From: the human T2T-CHM13v2.0 reference genome, Homo sapiens
Assembly: GCF_009914755.1 (NCBI RefSeq)
Contig: NC_060925.1
Length of the DNA stretch: 64,000 nt
Reading direction: 5' to 3' (one strand)
The notes below the pieces were generated by a model. The model saw nothing but the letters and a program-made list of their open reading frames with translations, did no database searches and was not told the origin of the DNA. Below are positions 32,675-50,578 of the stretch, piece by piece. The position numbers and the translations under genes are program-made. The first letter of the stretch is position 1. Every line of letters starts with the position of its first letter.

Positions 32675-34472
32675 GCTGAAGGAGGCGCCTGGCTGCCCCA
32701 AGAGCCCAGCCCGGCCCGGCCGTGCCCGCCGGATTGCAGCCGACACCGCCAGCCCGGGGCCGCGGGGCTCGGATCGGGGACCCCCGAGCCGCTGGCCCGC
32801 GGCCTTCCCCCGGCTCCCGCGCTCCCGAGCTTCCACCACATCGGGCCCGCTCGGAGCAGGGAGTGCTCCGAGGCGTCAGGGCCCAGGGCCCACGATCCTG
32901 GGACGCCCTCCGGTCCTCCGCCCTGTCGCGGAGGCAGCGTTTTGGATCCCTCGCCGCACAGGGGCTCCTGCGAGGCCCCCTCTTGCCCCACCCACCCAGA
33001 GCCGTCAGGGCTGGCCGAAGGCGAACAGCCGGCCCAGCCGCGCGGGGCCTTTCTCTCACAACGCCCCCACCACGGTCGCTTGTCCCGACCAAGACCCGGC
33101 CGGGGGGGCAAGAGGGCGTGGGGTGTAGCGGGTCGGGGGGTGGCCCTGTTTTGCCCCGGGCTGGCACTAGAGGCGGCGGCCTGATCTCGGGTGAGAGGGC
33201 CTGAGAGAAACCCAGACACACCCCACCGCCACCAGGAGCAAATCCACTCCCCCACACACAGACACACCCGGGCGCGCTCGCACGCGCGCGCGCGGACACA
33301 CACACACACACCCACACACAGACACACACGCACACACGCACGCGCACACGCACGCACACACACACGCGGCTTGAAGGAGAGCAAGGACGAGATGGATCGA
33401 GAGATAGAGACCGAGGGAGGGAGAGAGACAGCGATCGAGAGAGACAGGGGAGGGCGAGAGGGAAGGAGACAGACAGAGAGGCTGAGAAAGAGAGAGGCAC
33501 AGAGAAAGAGAGAGAGAGAGACAGAGAGACAGAGGGAAAACGACAGAAGTAGCGCGAGGTCCAGGGGGAAACCCAGAAGAGAGAGGCGGAGGGAGCTAGA
33601 GAGCGAGAGCGATAGAGCCTTAGAGAGGAAGCGCCCGGCTCCGTTAGGCAGCGCCCTCTTGAGCAGGCCGGGATAGGGTGGAGGGGGCTTGGGCTGCGCC
33701 CAGAACACGGGGGCCAGGCGGTCCGTGCGAGAGGACCAACGGAGCGCTGAGGCGGGCGTTTTCTTGGATGAATTGCTTGCTTTGGAGGTGGGTTTCGTAG
33801 GCTCCTGCCTTTCTTGGCACCTCCCTGTGCTCTGGGTGCCTTGCGGCGGGCCCCGAGATTTGCAGAGCGCGCCCGCCCGTTTGGCGGGAGCCGTGGCACC
33901 GGGCGGGCCCGGAGGCCTGGGTCTCTGGCGAGTCCTCGGGACTGGAGTCGTCGACACGAAGCGGGGGGCATTGGGAATCCCGGGTGCACAGGGCCTGCTT
34001 TCCCGGTGGCTGGCGAAGCAATGTCCTTCCCCCGGGTAAAGCAGCCCATGCGTTCCGGAGCCGACGTCTTGGCTGGCGTCTGTGGCACCCGCTGCCCCTG
34101 CCCGCCCCTTCCCCCGGTTTGGAAGGGTGCGACGACGGCGCCCGATGGGTGAATTGAATCTCCTGGGCGTTCCGGGAGCGGGAAGGCACCGCGAACGGCA
34201 GGGAACCCAGCGGCTGCGCCTTTGGGGCCCGGCCCCCTGCCCTCCCAGGCTGGAGCCGGGCTCCTGGCGGGGCGGCGGCGAGGCGGAAGCGGTGGGATGC
34301 TGCTGCCCGGCCGGCGTGCAGTAGGGGCGGACCCCCAGCAGGAGGACCCCGGCTGCGGCTGCGGCGGGGGTGTAGGTGGGCGGTAAAGGGGGAGCAGAGT
34401 CAGGGGAGGTTGGGAAGCATGGCGATTGTGGGGGGAAGGGAGGCAGCGGGGAAGCCACAAAAGCCTACAGCA

Positions 34473-34913
<441 letters not shown>

Positions 34914-36711
34914 GCTGAAGGAGGCGCCTGGCTGCCCCAAGAGCCCAGCCCGGCCCGGCCGTGCCCGCCGGATTGCAGCCGACACCGCCAGCCCGGGGCC
35001 GCGGGGCTCGGATCGGGGACCCCCGAGCCGCTGGCCCGCGGCCTTCCCCCGGCTCCCGCGCTCCCGAGCTTCCACCACATCGGGCCCGCTCGGAGCAGGG
35101 AGTGCTCCGAGGCGTCAGGGCCCAGGGCCCACGATCCTGGGACGCCCTCCGGTCCTCCGCCCTGTCGCGGAGGCAGCGTTTTGGATCCCTCGCCGCACAG
35201 GGGCTCCTGCGAGGCCCCCTCTTGCCCCACCCACCCAGAGCCGTCAGGGCTGGCCGAAGGCGAACAGCCGGCCCAGCCGCGCGGGGCCTTTCTCTCACAA
35301 CGCCCCCACCACGGTCGCTTGTCCCGACCAAGACCCGGCCGGGGGGGCAAGAGGGCGTGGGGTGTAGCGGGTCGGGGGGTGGCCCTGTTTTGCCCCGGGC
35401 TGGCACTAGAGGCGGCGGCCTGATCTCGGGTGAGAGGGCCTGAGAGAAACCCAGACACACCCCACCGCCACCAGGAGCAAATCCACTCCCCCACACACAG
35501 ACACACCCGGGCGCGCTCGCACGCGCGCGCGCGGACACACACACACACACCCACACACAGACACACACGCACACACGCACGCGCACACGCACGCACACAC
35601 ACACGCGGCTTGAAGGAGAGCAAGGACGAGATGGATCGAGAGATAGAGACCGAGGGAGGGAGAGAGACAGCGATCGAGAGAGACAGGGGAGGGCGAGAGG
35701 GAAGGAGACAGACAGAGAGGCTGAGAAAGAGAGAGGCACAGAGAAAGAGAGAGAGAGAGACAGAGAGACAGAGGGAAAACGACAGAAGTAGCGCGAGGTC
35801 CAGGGGGAAACCCAGAAGAGAGAGGCGGAGGGAGCTAGAGAGCGAGAGCGATAGAGCCTTAGAGAGGAAGCGCCCGGCTCCGTTAGGCAGCGCCCTCTTG
35901 AGCAGGCCGGGATAGGGTGGAGGGGGCTTGGGCTGCGCCCAGAACACGGGGGCCAGGCGGTCCGTGCGAGAGGACCAACGGAGCGCTGAGGCGGGCGTTT
36001 TCTTGGATGAATTGCTTGCTTTGGAGGTGGGTTTCGTAGGCTCCTGCCTTTCTTGGCACCTCCCTGTGCTCTGGGTGCCTTGCGGCGGGCCCCGAGATTT
36101 GCAGAGCGCGCCCGCCCGTTTGGCGGGAGCCGTGGCACCGGGCGGGCCCGGAGGCCTGGGTCTCTGGCGAGTCCTCGGGACTGGAGTCGTCGACACGAAG
36201 CGGGGGGCATTGGGAATCCCGGGTGCACAGGGCCTGCTTTCCCGGTGGCTGGCGAAGCAATGTCCTTCCCCCGGGTAAAGCAGCCCATGCGTTCCGGAGC
36301 CGACGTCTTGGCTGGCGTCTGTGGCACCCGCTGCCCCTGCCCGCCCCTTCCCCCGGTTTGGAAGGGTGCGACGACGGCGCCCGATGGGTGAATTGAATCT
36401 CCTGGGCGTTCCGGGAGCGGGAAGGCACCGCGAACGGCAGGGAACCCAGCGGCTGCGCCTTTGGGGCCCGGCCCCCTGCCCTCCCAGGCTGGAGCCGGGC
36501 TCCTGGCGGGGCGGCGGCGAGGCGGAAGCGGTGGGATGCTGCTGCCCGGCCGGCGTGCAGTAGGGGCGGACCCCCAGCAGGAGGACCCCGGCTGCGGCTG
36601 CGGCGGGGGTGTAGGTGGGCGGTAAAGGGGGAGCAGAGTCAGGGGAGGTTGGGAAGCATGGCGATTGTGGGGGGAAGGGAGGCAGCGGGGAAGCCACAAA
36701 AGCCTACAGCA

Positions 36712-37152
<441 letters not shown>

Positions 37153-38950
37153 GCTGAAGGAGGCGCCTGGCTGCCCCAAGAGCCCAGCCCGGCCCGGCCG
37201 TGCCCGCCGGATTGCAGCCGACACCGCCAGCCCGGGGCCGCGGGGCTCGGATCGGGGACCCCCGAGCCGCTGGCCCGCGGCCTTCCCCCGGCTCCCGCGC
37301 TCCCGAGCTTCCACCACATCGGGCCCGCTCGGAGCAGGGAGTGCTCCGAGGCGTCAGGGCCCAGGGCCCACGATCCTGGGACGCCCTCCGGTCCTCCGCC
37401 CTGTCGCGGAGGCAGCGTTTTGGATCCCTCGCCGCACAGGGGCTCCTGCGAGGCCCCCTCTTGCCCCACCCACCCAGAGCCGTCAGGGCTGGCCGAAGGC
37501 GAACAGCCGGCCCAGCCGCGCGGGGCCTTTCTCTCACAACGCCCCCACCACGGTCGCTTGTCCCGACCAAGACCCGGCCGGGGGGGCAAGAGGGCGTGGG
37601 GTGTAGCGGGTCGGGGGGTGGCCCTGTTTTGCCCCGGGCTGGCACTAGAGGCGGCGGCCTGATCTCGGGTGAGAGGGCCTGAGAGAAACCCAGACACACC
37701 CCACCGCCACCAGGAGCAAATCCACTCCCCCACACACAGACACACCCGGGCGCGCTCGCACGCGCGCGCGCGGACACACACACACACACCCACACACAGA
37801 CACACACGCACACACGCACGCGCACACGCACGCACACACACACGCGGCTTGAAGGAGAGCAAGGACGAGATGGATCGAGAGATAGAGACCGAGGGAGGGA
37901 GAGAGACAGCGATCGAGAGAGACAGGGGAGGGCGAGAGGGAAGGAGACAGACAGAGAGGCTGAGAAAGAGAGAGGCACAGAGAAAGAGAGAGAGAGAGAC
38001 AGAGAGACAGAGGGAAAACGACAGAAGTAGCGCGAGGTCCAGGGGGAAACCCAGAAGAGAGAGGCGGAGGGAGCTAGAGAGCGAGAGCGATAGAGCCTTA
38101 GAGAGGAAGCGCCCGGCTCCGTTAGGCAGCGCCCTCTTGAGCAGGCCGGGATAGGGTGGAGGGGGCTTGGGCTGCGCCCAGAACACGGGGGCCAGGCGGT
38201 CCGTGCGAGAGGACCAACGGAGCGCTGAGGCGGGCGTTTTCTTGGATGAATTGCTTGCTTTGGAGGTGGGTTTCGTAGGCTCCTGCCTTTCTTGGCACCT
38301 CCCTGTGCTCTGGGTGCCTTGCGGCGGGCCCCGAGATTTGCAGAGCGCGCCCGCCCGTTTGGCGGGAGCCGTGGCACCGGGCGGGCCCGGAGGCCTGGGT
38401 CTCTGGCGAGTCCTCGGGACTGGAGTCGTCGACACGAAGCGGGGGGCATTGGGAATCCCGGGTGCACAGGGCCTGCTTTCCCGGTGGCTGGCGAAGCAAT
38501 GTCCTTCCCCCGGGTAAAGCAGCCCATGCGTTCCGGAGCCGACGTCTTGGCTGGCGTCTGTGGCACCCGCTGCCCCTGCCCGCCCCTTCCCCCGGTTTGG
38601 AAGGGTGCGACGACGGCGCCCGATGGGTGAATTGAATCTCCTGGGCGTTCCGGGAGCGGGAAGGCACCGCGAACGGCAGGGAACCCAGCGGCTGCGCCTT
38701 TGGGGCCCGGCCCCCTGCCCTCCCAGGCTGGAGCCGGGCTCCTGGCGGGGCGGCGGTGAGGCGGAAGCGGTGGGATGCTGCTGCCCGGCCGGCGTGCAGT
38801 AGGGGCGGACCCCCAGCAGGAGGACCCCGGCTGCGGCTGCGGCGGGGGTGTAGGTGGGCGGTAAAGGGGGAGCAGAGTCAGGGGAGGTTGGGAAGCATGG
38901 CGATTGTGGGGGGAAGGGAGGCAGCGGGGAAGCCACAAAAGCCTACAGCA

Positions 38951-39391
<441 letters not shown>

Positions 39392-41190
39392 GCTGAAGGA
39401 GGCGCCTGGCTGCCCCAAGAGCCCAGCCCGGCCCGGCCGTGCCCGCCGGATTGCAGCCGACACCGCCAGCCCGGGGCCGCGGGGCTCGGATCGGGGACCC
39501 CCGAGCCGCTGGCCCGCGGCCTTCCCCCGGCTCCCGCGCTCCCGAGCTTCCACCACATCGGGCCCGCTCGGAGCAGGGAGTGCTCCGAGGCGTCAGGGCC
39601 CAGGGCCCACGATCCTGGGACGCCCTCCGGTCCTCCGCCCTGTCGCGGAGGCAGCGTTTTGGATCCCTCGCCGCACAGGGGCTCCTGCGAGGCCCCCTCT
39701 TGCCCCACCCACCCAGAGCCGTCAGGGCTGGCCGAAGGCGAACAGCCGGCCCAGCCGCGCGGGGCCTTTCTCTCACAACGCCCCCACCACGGTCGCTTGT
39801 CCCGACCAAGACCCGGCCGGGGGGGCAAGAGGGCGTGGGGTGTAGCGGGTCGGGGGGTGGCCCTGTTTTGCCCCGGGCTGGCACTAGAGGCGGCGGCCTG
39901 ATCTCGGGTGAGAGGGCCTGAGAGAAACCCAGACACACCCCACCGCCACCAGGAGCAAATCCACTCCCCCACACACAGACACACCCGGGCGCGCTCGCAC
40001 GCGCGCGCGCGGACACACACACACACACCCACACACAGACACACACGCACACACGCACGCGCACACGCACGCACACACACACGCGGCTTGAAGGAGAGCA
40101 AGGACGAGATGGATCGAGAGATAGAGACCGAGGGAGGGAGAGAGACAGCGATCGAGAGAGACAGGGGAGGGCGAGAGGGAAGGAGACAGACAGAGAGGCT
40201 GAGAAAGAGAGAGGCACAGAGAAAGAGAGAGAGAGAGACAGAGAGACAGAGGGAAAACGACAGAAGTAGCGCGAGGTCCAGGGGGAAACCCAGAAGAGAG
40301 AGGCGGAGGGAGCTAGAGAGCGAGAGCGATAGAGCCTTAGAGAGGAAGCGCCCGGCTCCGTTAGGCAGCGCCCTCTTGAGCAGGCCGGGATAGGGTGGAG
40401 GGGGCTTGGGCTGCGCCCAGAACACGGGGGCCAGGCGGTCCGTGCGAGAGGACCAACGGAGCGCTGAGGCGGGCGTTTTCTTGGATGAATTGCTTGCTTT
40501 GGAGGTGGGTTTCGTAGGCTCCTGCCTTTCTTGGCACCTCCCTGTGCTCTGGGTGCCTTGCGGCGGGCCCCGAGATTTGCAGAGCACGCCCGCCCGTTTG
40601 GCGGGAGCCGTGGCACCGGGCGGGCCCGGAGGCCTGGGTCTCTGGCGAGTCCTCGGGACTGGAGTCGTCGACACGAAGCGGGGGGCATTGGGAATCCCGG
40701 GTGCACAGGGCCTGCTTTCCCGGTGGCTGGCGAAGCAATGTCCTTCCCCCGGGTAAAGCAGCCCATGCGTTCCGGAGCCGACGTCTTGGCTGGCGTCTGT
40801 GGCACCCGCTGCCCCTGCCCGCCCCTTCCCCCGGTTTGGAAGGGTGCGACGACGGCGCCCGATGGGTGAATTGAATCGCCTGGGCGTTCCGGGAGCGGGA
40901 AGGCACCGCGAACGGCAGGGAACCCAGCGGCTGCGCCTTTGGGGCCCGGGCCCCTGCCCTCCCAGGCTGGAGCCGGGCTCCTGGCGGGGCGGCGGCGAGG
41001 CGGAAGCGGTGGGATGCTGCTGCCCGGCCGGCGTGCAGTAGGGGCGGACCCCCAGCAGGAGGACCCCGGCTGCGGGCTGCGGCGGGGGTGTAGGTGGGCG
41101 GTAAAGGGGGAGCAGAGTCAGGGGAGGTTGGGAAGCATGGCGATTGTGGGGGGAAGGGAGGCAGCGGGGAAGCCACAAAAGCCTACAGCA

Positions 41191-41631
<441 letters not shown>

Positions 41632-43429
41632 GCTGAAGGAGGCGCCTGGCTGCCCCAAGAGCCCAGCCCGGCCCGGCCGTGCCCGCCGGATTGCAGCCGA
41701 CACCGCCAGCCCGGGGCCGCGGGGCTCGGATCGGGGCCCCCCGAGCCGCTGGCCCGCGGCCTTCCCCCGGCTCCCGCGCTCCCGAGCTTCCACCACATCG
41801 GGCCCGCTCGGAGCAGGGAGTGCTCCGAGGCGTCAGGGCCCAGGGCCCACGATCCTGGGACGCCCTCCGGTCCTCCGCCCTGTCGCGGAGGCAGCGTTTT
41901 GGATCCCTCGCCGCACAGGGGCTCCTGCGAGGCCCCCTCTTGCCCCACCCACCCAGAGCCGTCAGGGCTGGCCGAAGGCGAACAGCCGGCCCAGCCGCGC
42001 GGGGCCTTTCTCTCACAACGCCCCCACCACGGTCGCTTGTCCCGACCAAGACCCGGCCGGGGGGGCAAGAGGGCGTGGGGTGTAGCGGGTCGGGGGGTGG
42101 CCCTGTTTTGCCCCGGGCTGGCACTAGAGGCGGCGGCCTGATCTCGGGTGAGAGGGCCTGAGAGAAACCCAGACACACCCCACCGCCACCAGGAGCAAAT
42201 CCACTCCCCCACACACAGACACACCCGGGCGCGCTCGCACGCGCGCGCGCGGACACACACACACACACCCACACACAGACACACACGCACACACGCACGC
42301 GCACACGCACGCACACACACACGCGGCTTGAAGGAGAGCAAGGACGAGATGGATCGAGAGATAGAGACCGAGGGAGGGAGAGAGACAGCGATCGAGAGAG
42401 ACAGGGGAGGGCGAGAGGGAAGGAGACAGACAGAGAGGCTGAGAAAGAGAGAGGCACAGAGAAAGAGAGAGAGAGAGACAGAGAGACAGAGGGAAAACGA
42501 CAGAAGTAGCGCGAGGTCCATCGGGAAACCCAGAAGAGAGAGGCGGAGGGAGCTAGAGAGCGAGAGCGATAGAGCCTTAGAGAGGAAGCGCCCGGCTCCG
42601 TTAGGCAGCGCCCTCTTGAGCAGGCCGGGATAGGGTGGAGGGGGCTTGGGCTGCGCCCAGAACACGGGGGCCAGGCGGTCCGTGCGAGAGGACCAACGGA
42701 GCGCTGAGGCGGGCGTTTTCTTGGATGAATTGCTTGCTTTGGAGGTGGGTTTCGTAGGCTCCTGCCTTTCTTGGCACCTCCCTGTGCTCTGGGTGCCTTG
42801 CGGCGGGCCCCGAGATTTGCAGAGCGCGCCCGCCCGTTTGGCGGGAGCCGTGGCACCGGGCGGGCCCGGAGGCCTGGGTCTCTGGCGAGTCCTCGGGACT
42901 GGAGTCGTCGACACGAAGCGGGGGGCATTGGGAATCCCGGGTGCACAGGGCCTGCTTTCCCGGTGGCTGGCGAAGCAATGTCCTTCCCCCGGGTAAAGCA
43001 GCCCATGCGTTCCGGAGCCGACGTCTTGGCTGGCGTCTGTGGCACCCGCTGCCCCTGCCCGCCCCTTCCCCCGGTTTGGAAGGGTGCGACGACGGCGCCC
43101 GATGGGTGAATTGAATCTCCTGGGCGTTCCGGGAGCGGGAAGGCACCGCGAACGGCAGGGAACCCAGCGGCTGCGCCTTTGGGGCCCGGCCCCCTGCCCT
43201 CCCAGGCTGGAGCCGGGCTCCTGGCGGGGCGGCGGCGAGGCGGAAGCGGTGGGATGCTGCTGCCCGGCCGGCGTGCAGTAGGGGCGGACCCCCAGCAGGA
43301 GGACCCCGGCTGCGGCTGCGGCGGGGGTGTAGGTGGGCGGTAAAGGGGGAGCAGAGTCAGGGGAGGTTGGGAAGCATGGCGATTGTGGGGGGAAGGGAGG
43401 CAGCGGGGAAGCCACAAAAGCCTACAGCA

Positions 43430-43870
<441 letters not shown>

Positions 43871-45673
43871 GCTGAAGGAGGCGCCTGGCTGCCCCAAGAG
43901 CCCAGCCCGGCCCGGCCGTGCCCGCCGGATTGCAGCCGACACCGCCAGCCCGGGGCCGCGGGGCTCGGATCAGGGACCCCCGAGCCGCTGGCCCGCGGCC
44001 TTCCCCCGGCTCCCGCGCTCCCGAGCTTCCACCACATCGGGCCCGCTCGGAGCAGGGAGTGCTCCGAGGCGTCAGGGCCCAGGGCCCACGATCCTGGGAC
44101 GCCCTCCGGTCCTCCGCCCTGTCGCGGAGGCAGCGTTTTGGATCCCTCGCCGCACAGGGGCTCCTGCGAGGCCCCCTCTTGCCCCACCCACCCAGAGCCG
44201 TCAGGGCTGGCCGAAGGCGAACAGCCGGCCCAGCCTCGCGGGGCCTTTCTCTCACAACGCCCCCACCACGGTCGCTTGTCCCGACCAAGACCCGGCCGGG
44301 GGGGCAAGAGGGCGTGGGGTGTAGCGGGTCGGGGGGTGGCCCTGTTTTGCCCCGGGCTGGCACTAGAGGCGGCGGCCTGATCTCGGGTGAGAGGGCCTGA
44401 GAGAAACCCAGACACACCCCACCGCCACCAGGAGCAAATCCACTCCCCCACACACAGACACACCCGGGCGCGCTCGCACGCGCGCGCGCGGACACACACA
44501 CACACACCCACACACAGACACACACGCACACACGCACGCGCACACGCACGCACACACACACACACGCGGCTTGAAGGAGAGCAAGGACGAGATGGATCGA
44601 GAGATAGAGACCGAGGGAGGGAGAGAGACAGCGATCGAGAGAGACAGGGGAGGGCGAGAGGGAAGGAGACAGACAGAGAGGCTGAGAAAGAGAGAGGCAC
44701 AGAGAAAGAGAGAGAGAGAGACAGAGAGACAGAGGGAAAACGACAGAAGTAGCGCGAGGTCCAGGGGGAAACCCAGAAGAGAGAGGCGGAGGGAGCTAGA
44801 GAGCGAGAGCGATAGAGCCTTAGAGAGGAAGCGCCCGGCTCCGTTAGGCAGCGCCCTCTTGAGCAGGCCGGGATAGGGTGGAGGGGGCTTGGGCTGCGCC
44901 CAGAACACGGGGGCCAGGCGGTCCGTGCGAGAGGACCAACGGAGCGCTGAGGCGGGCGTTTTCTTGGATGAATTGCTTGCTTTGGAGGTGGGTTTCGTAG
45001 GCTCCTGCCTTTCTTGGCACCTCCCTGTGCTCTGGGTGCCTTGCGGCGGGCCCCGAGATTTGCAGAGCGCGCCCGCCCGTTTGGCGGGAGCCGTGGCACC
45101 GGGCGGGCCCGGAGGCCTGGGTCTCTGGCGAGTCCTCGGGACTGGAGTCGTCGACACGAAGCGGGGGGCATTGGGAATCCCGGGTGCACAGGGCCTGCTT
45201 TCCCGGTGGCTGGCGAAGCAATGTCCTTCCCCCGGGTAAAGCAGCCCATGCGTTCCGGAGCCGACGTCTTGGCTGGCGTCTGTGGCACCCGCTGCCCCTG
45301 CCCGCCCCTTCCCCCGGTTTGGAAGGGTGCGACGACGGCGCCCGATGGGTGAATTGAATCGCCTGGGCGTTCCGGGAGCGGGAAGGCACCGCGAACGGCA
45401 GGGAACCCAGCGGCTGCGCCTTTGGGGCCTGGGCCCCTGCCCTCCCAGGCTGGAGCCGGGCTCCTGGCGGGGCGGCGGCGAGGCGGAAGCGGTGGGATGC
45501 TGCTGCCCGGCCGGCGTGCAGTAGGGGCGGACCCCCAGCAGGAGGACCCCGGCTGCGGGCTGCGGCGGGGGTGTAGGTGGGCGGTAAAGGGGGAGCAGAG
45601 TCAGGGGAGGTTGGGAAGCATGGCGATTGTGGGGGGAAGGGAGGCAGCGGGGAAGCCACAAAAGCCTACAGCA

Positions 45674-46114
<441 letters not shown>

Positions 46115-47905
46115 GCTGAAGGAGGCGCCTGGCTGCCCCAAGAGCCCAGCCCGGCCCGGCCGTGCCCGCCGGATTGCAGCCGACACCGCCAGCCCGGGGC
46201 CGCGGGGCTCGGATCGGGGCCCCCCGAGCCGCTGGCCCGCGGCCTTCCCCCGGCTCCCGCGCTCCCGAGCTTCCACCACATCGGGCCCGCTCGGAGCAGG
46301 GAGTGCTCCGAGGCGTCAGGGCCCAGGGCCCACGATCCTGGGACGCCCTCCGGTCCTCCGCCCTGTCGCGGAGGCAGCGTTTTGGATCCCTCGCCGCACA
46401 GGGGCTCCTGCGAGGCCCCCTCTTGCCCCACCCACCCAGAGCCGTCAGGGCTGGCCGAAGGCGAACAGCCGGCCCAGCCTCGCGGGGCCTTTCTCTCACA
46501 ACGCCCCCACCACGGTCGCTTGTCCCGACCAAGACCCGGCCGGGGGGGCAAGAGGGCGTGGGGTGTAGCGGGTCGGGGGGTGGCCCTGTTTTGCCCCGGG
46601 CTGGCACTAGAGGCGGCGGCCTGATCTCGGGTGAGAGGGCCTGAGAGAAACCCAGACACACCCCACCGCCACCAGGAGCAAATCCACTCCCCCACACACA
46701 GACACACCCGGGCGCGCTCGCACGCGCGCGCGCGGACACACACACACACACAGACACACACGCACACACGCACGCGCACACGCACGCACACACACACGCG
46801 GCTTGAAGGAGAGCAAGGACGAGATGGATCGAGAGATAGAGACCGAGGGAGGGAGAGAGACAGCGATCGAGAGAGACAGGGGAGGGCGAGAGGGAAGGAG
46901 ACAGACAGAGAGGCTGAGAAAGAGAGAGGCACAGAGAAAGAGAGAGAGAGAGACAGAGAGACAGAGGGAAAACGACAGAAGTAGCGCGAGGTCCAGGGGG
47001 AAACCCAGAAGAGAGAGGCGGAGGGAGCTAGAGAGCGAGAGCGATAGAGCCTTAGAGAGGAAGCGCCCGGCTCCGTTAGGCAGCGCCCTCTTGAGCAGGC
47101 CGGGATAGGGTGGAGGGGGCTTGGGCTGCGCCCAGAACACGGGGGCCAGGCGGTCCGTGCGAGAGGACCAACGGAGCGCTGAGGCGGGCGTTTTCTTGGA
47201 TGAATTGCTTGCTTTGGAGGTGGGTTTCGTAGGCTCCTGCCTTTCTTGGCACCTCCCTGTGCTCTGGGTGCCTTGCGGCGGGCCCCGAGATTTGCAGAGC
47301 GCGCCCGCCCGTTTGGCGGGAGCCGTGGCACCGGGCGGGCCCGGAGGCCTGGGTCTCTGGCGAGTCCTCGGGACTGGAGTCGTCGACACGAAGCGGGGGG
47401 CATTGGGAATCCCGGGTGCACAGGGCCTGCTTTCCCGGTGGCTGGCGAAGCAATGTCCTTCCCCCGGGTAAAGCAGCCCATGCGTTCCGGAGCCGACGTC
47501 TTGGCTGGCGTCTGTGGCACCCGCTGCCCCTGCCCGCCCCTTCCCCCGGTTTGGAAGGGTGCGACGACGGCGCCCGATGGGTGAATTGAATCGCCTGGGC
47601 GTTCCGGGAGCGGGAAGGCACCGCGAACGGCAGGGAACCCAGCGGCTGCGCCTTTGGGGCCCGGGCCCCTGCCCTCCCAGGCTGGAGCCGGGCTCCTGGC
47701 GGGGCGGCGGCGAGGCGGAAGCGGTGGGATGCTGCTGCCCGGCCAGCGTGCAGTAGGGGCGGACCCCCAGCAGGAGGACCCCGGCTGCGGGCTGCGGCGG
47801 GGGTGTAGGTGGGCGGTAAAGGGGGAGCAGAGTCAGGGGAGGTTGGGAAGCATGGCGATTGTGGGGGGAAGGGAGGCAGCGGGGAAGCCACAAAAGCCTA
47901 CAGCA

Positions 47906-48346
<441 letters not shown>

Positions 48347-50137
48347 GCTGAAGGAGGCGCCTGGCTGCCCCAAGAGCCCAGCCCGGCCCGGCCGTGCCCG
48401 CCGGATTGCAGCCGACACCGCCAGCCCGGGGCCGCGGGGCTCGGATCGGGGACCCCCGAGCCGCTGGCCCGCGGCCTTCCCCCGGCTCCCGCGCTCCCGA
48501 GCTTCCACCACATCGGGCCCGCTCGGAGCAGGGAGTGCTCCGAGGCGTCAGGGCCCAGGGCCCACGATCCTGGGACGCCCTCCGGTCCTCCGCCCTGTCG
48601 CGGAGGCAGCGTTTTGGATCCCTCGCCGCACAGGGGCTCCTGCGAGGCCCCCTCTTGCCCCACCCACCCAGAGCCGTCAGGGCTGGCCGAAGGCGAACAG
48701 CCGGCCCAGCCGCGCGGGGCCTTTCTCTCACAACGCCCCCACCACGGTCGCTTGTCCCGACCAAGACCCGGCCGGGGGGGCAAGAGGGCGTGGGGTGTAG
48801 CGGGTCGGGGGGTGGCCCTGTTTTGCCCCGGGCTGGCACTAGAGGCGGCGGCCTGATCTCGGGTGAGAGGGCCTGAGAGAAACCCAGACACACCCCACCG
48901 CCACCAGGAGCAAATCCACTCCCCCACACACAGACACACCCGGGCGCGCTCGCACGCGCGCGCGCGGACACACACACACACACAGACACACACGCACACA
49001 CGCACGCGCACACGCACGCACACACACACGCGGCTTGAAGGAGAGCAAGGACGAGATGGATCGAGAGATAGAGACCGAGGGAGGGAGAGAGACAGCGATC
49101 GAGAGAGACAGGGGAGGGCGAGAGGGAAGGAGACAGACAGAGAGGCTGAGAAAGAGAGAGGCACAGAGAAAGAGAGAGAGAGAGACAGAGAGACAGAGGG
49201 AAAACGACAGAAGTAGCGCGAGGTCCAGGGGGAAACCCAGAAGAGAGAGGCGGAGGGAGCTAGAGAGCGAGAGCGATAGAGCCTTAGAGAGGAAGCGCCC
49301 GGCTCCGTTAGGCAGCGCCCTCTTGAGCAGGCCGGGATAGGGTGGAGGGGGCTTGGGCTGCGCCCAGAACACGGGGGCCAGGCGGTCCGTGCGAGAGGAC
49401 CAACGGAGCGCTGAGGCGGGCGTTTTCTTGGATGAATTGCTTGCTTTGGAGGTGGGTTTCGTAGGCTCCTGCCTTTCTTGGCACCTCCCTGTGCTCTGGG
49501 TGCCTTGCGGCGGGCCCCGAGATTTGCAGAGCGCGCCCGCCCGTTTGGCGGGAGCCGTGGCACCGGGCGGGCCCGGAGGCCTGGGTCTCTGGCGAGTCCT
49601 CGGGACTGGAGTCGTCGACACGAAGCGGGGGGCATTGGGAATCCCGGGTGCACAGGGCCTGCTTTCCCGGTGGCTGGCGAAGCAATGTCCTTCCCCCGGG
49701 TAAAGCAGCCCATGCGTTCCGGAGCCGACGTCTTGGCTGGCGTCTGTGGCACCCGCTGCCCCTGCCCGCCCCTTCCCCCGGTTTGGAAGGGTGCGACGAC
49801 GGCGCCCGATGGGTGAATTGAATCGCCTGGGCGTTCCGGGAGCGGGAAGGCACCGCGAACGGCAGGGAACCCAGCGGCTGCGCCTTTGGGGCCCGGGCCC
49901 CTGCCCTCCCAGGCTGGAGCCGGGCTCCTGGCGGGGCGGCGGCGAGGCGGAAGCGGTGGGATGCTGCTGCCCGGCCGGCGTGCAGTAGGGGCGGACCCCC
50001 AGCAGGAGGACCCCGGCTGCGGGCTGCGGCGGGGGTGTAGGTGGGCGGTAAAGGGGGAGCAGAGTCAGGGGAGGTTGGGAAGCATGGCGATTGTGGGGGG
50101 AAGGGAGGCAGCGGGGAAGCCACAAAAGCCTACAGCA

Positions 50138-50578
<441 letters not shown>

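Noticed and set aside
42521-42522. GG>TC dinucleotide substitution in one spacer
   Set aside because: Single occurrence in a G homopolymer with no evident functional context; may be a multinucleotide mutation or a consensus error.
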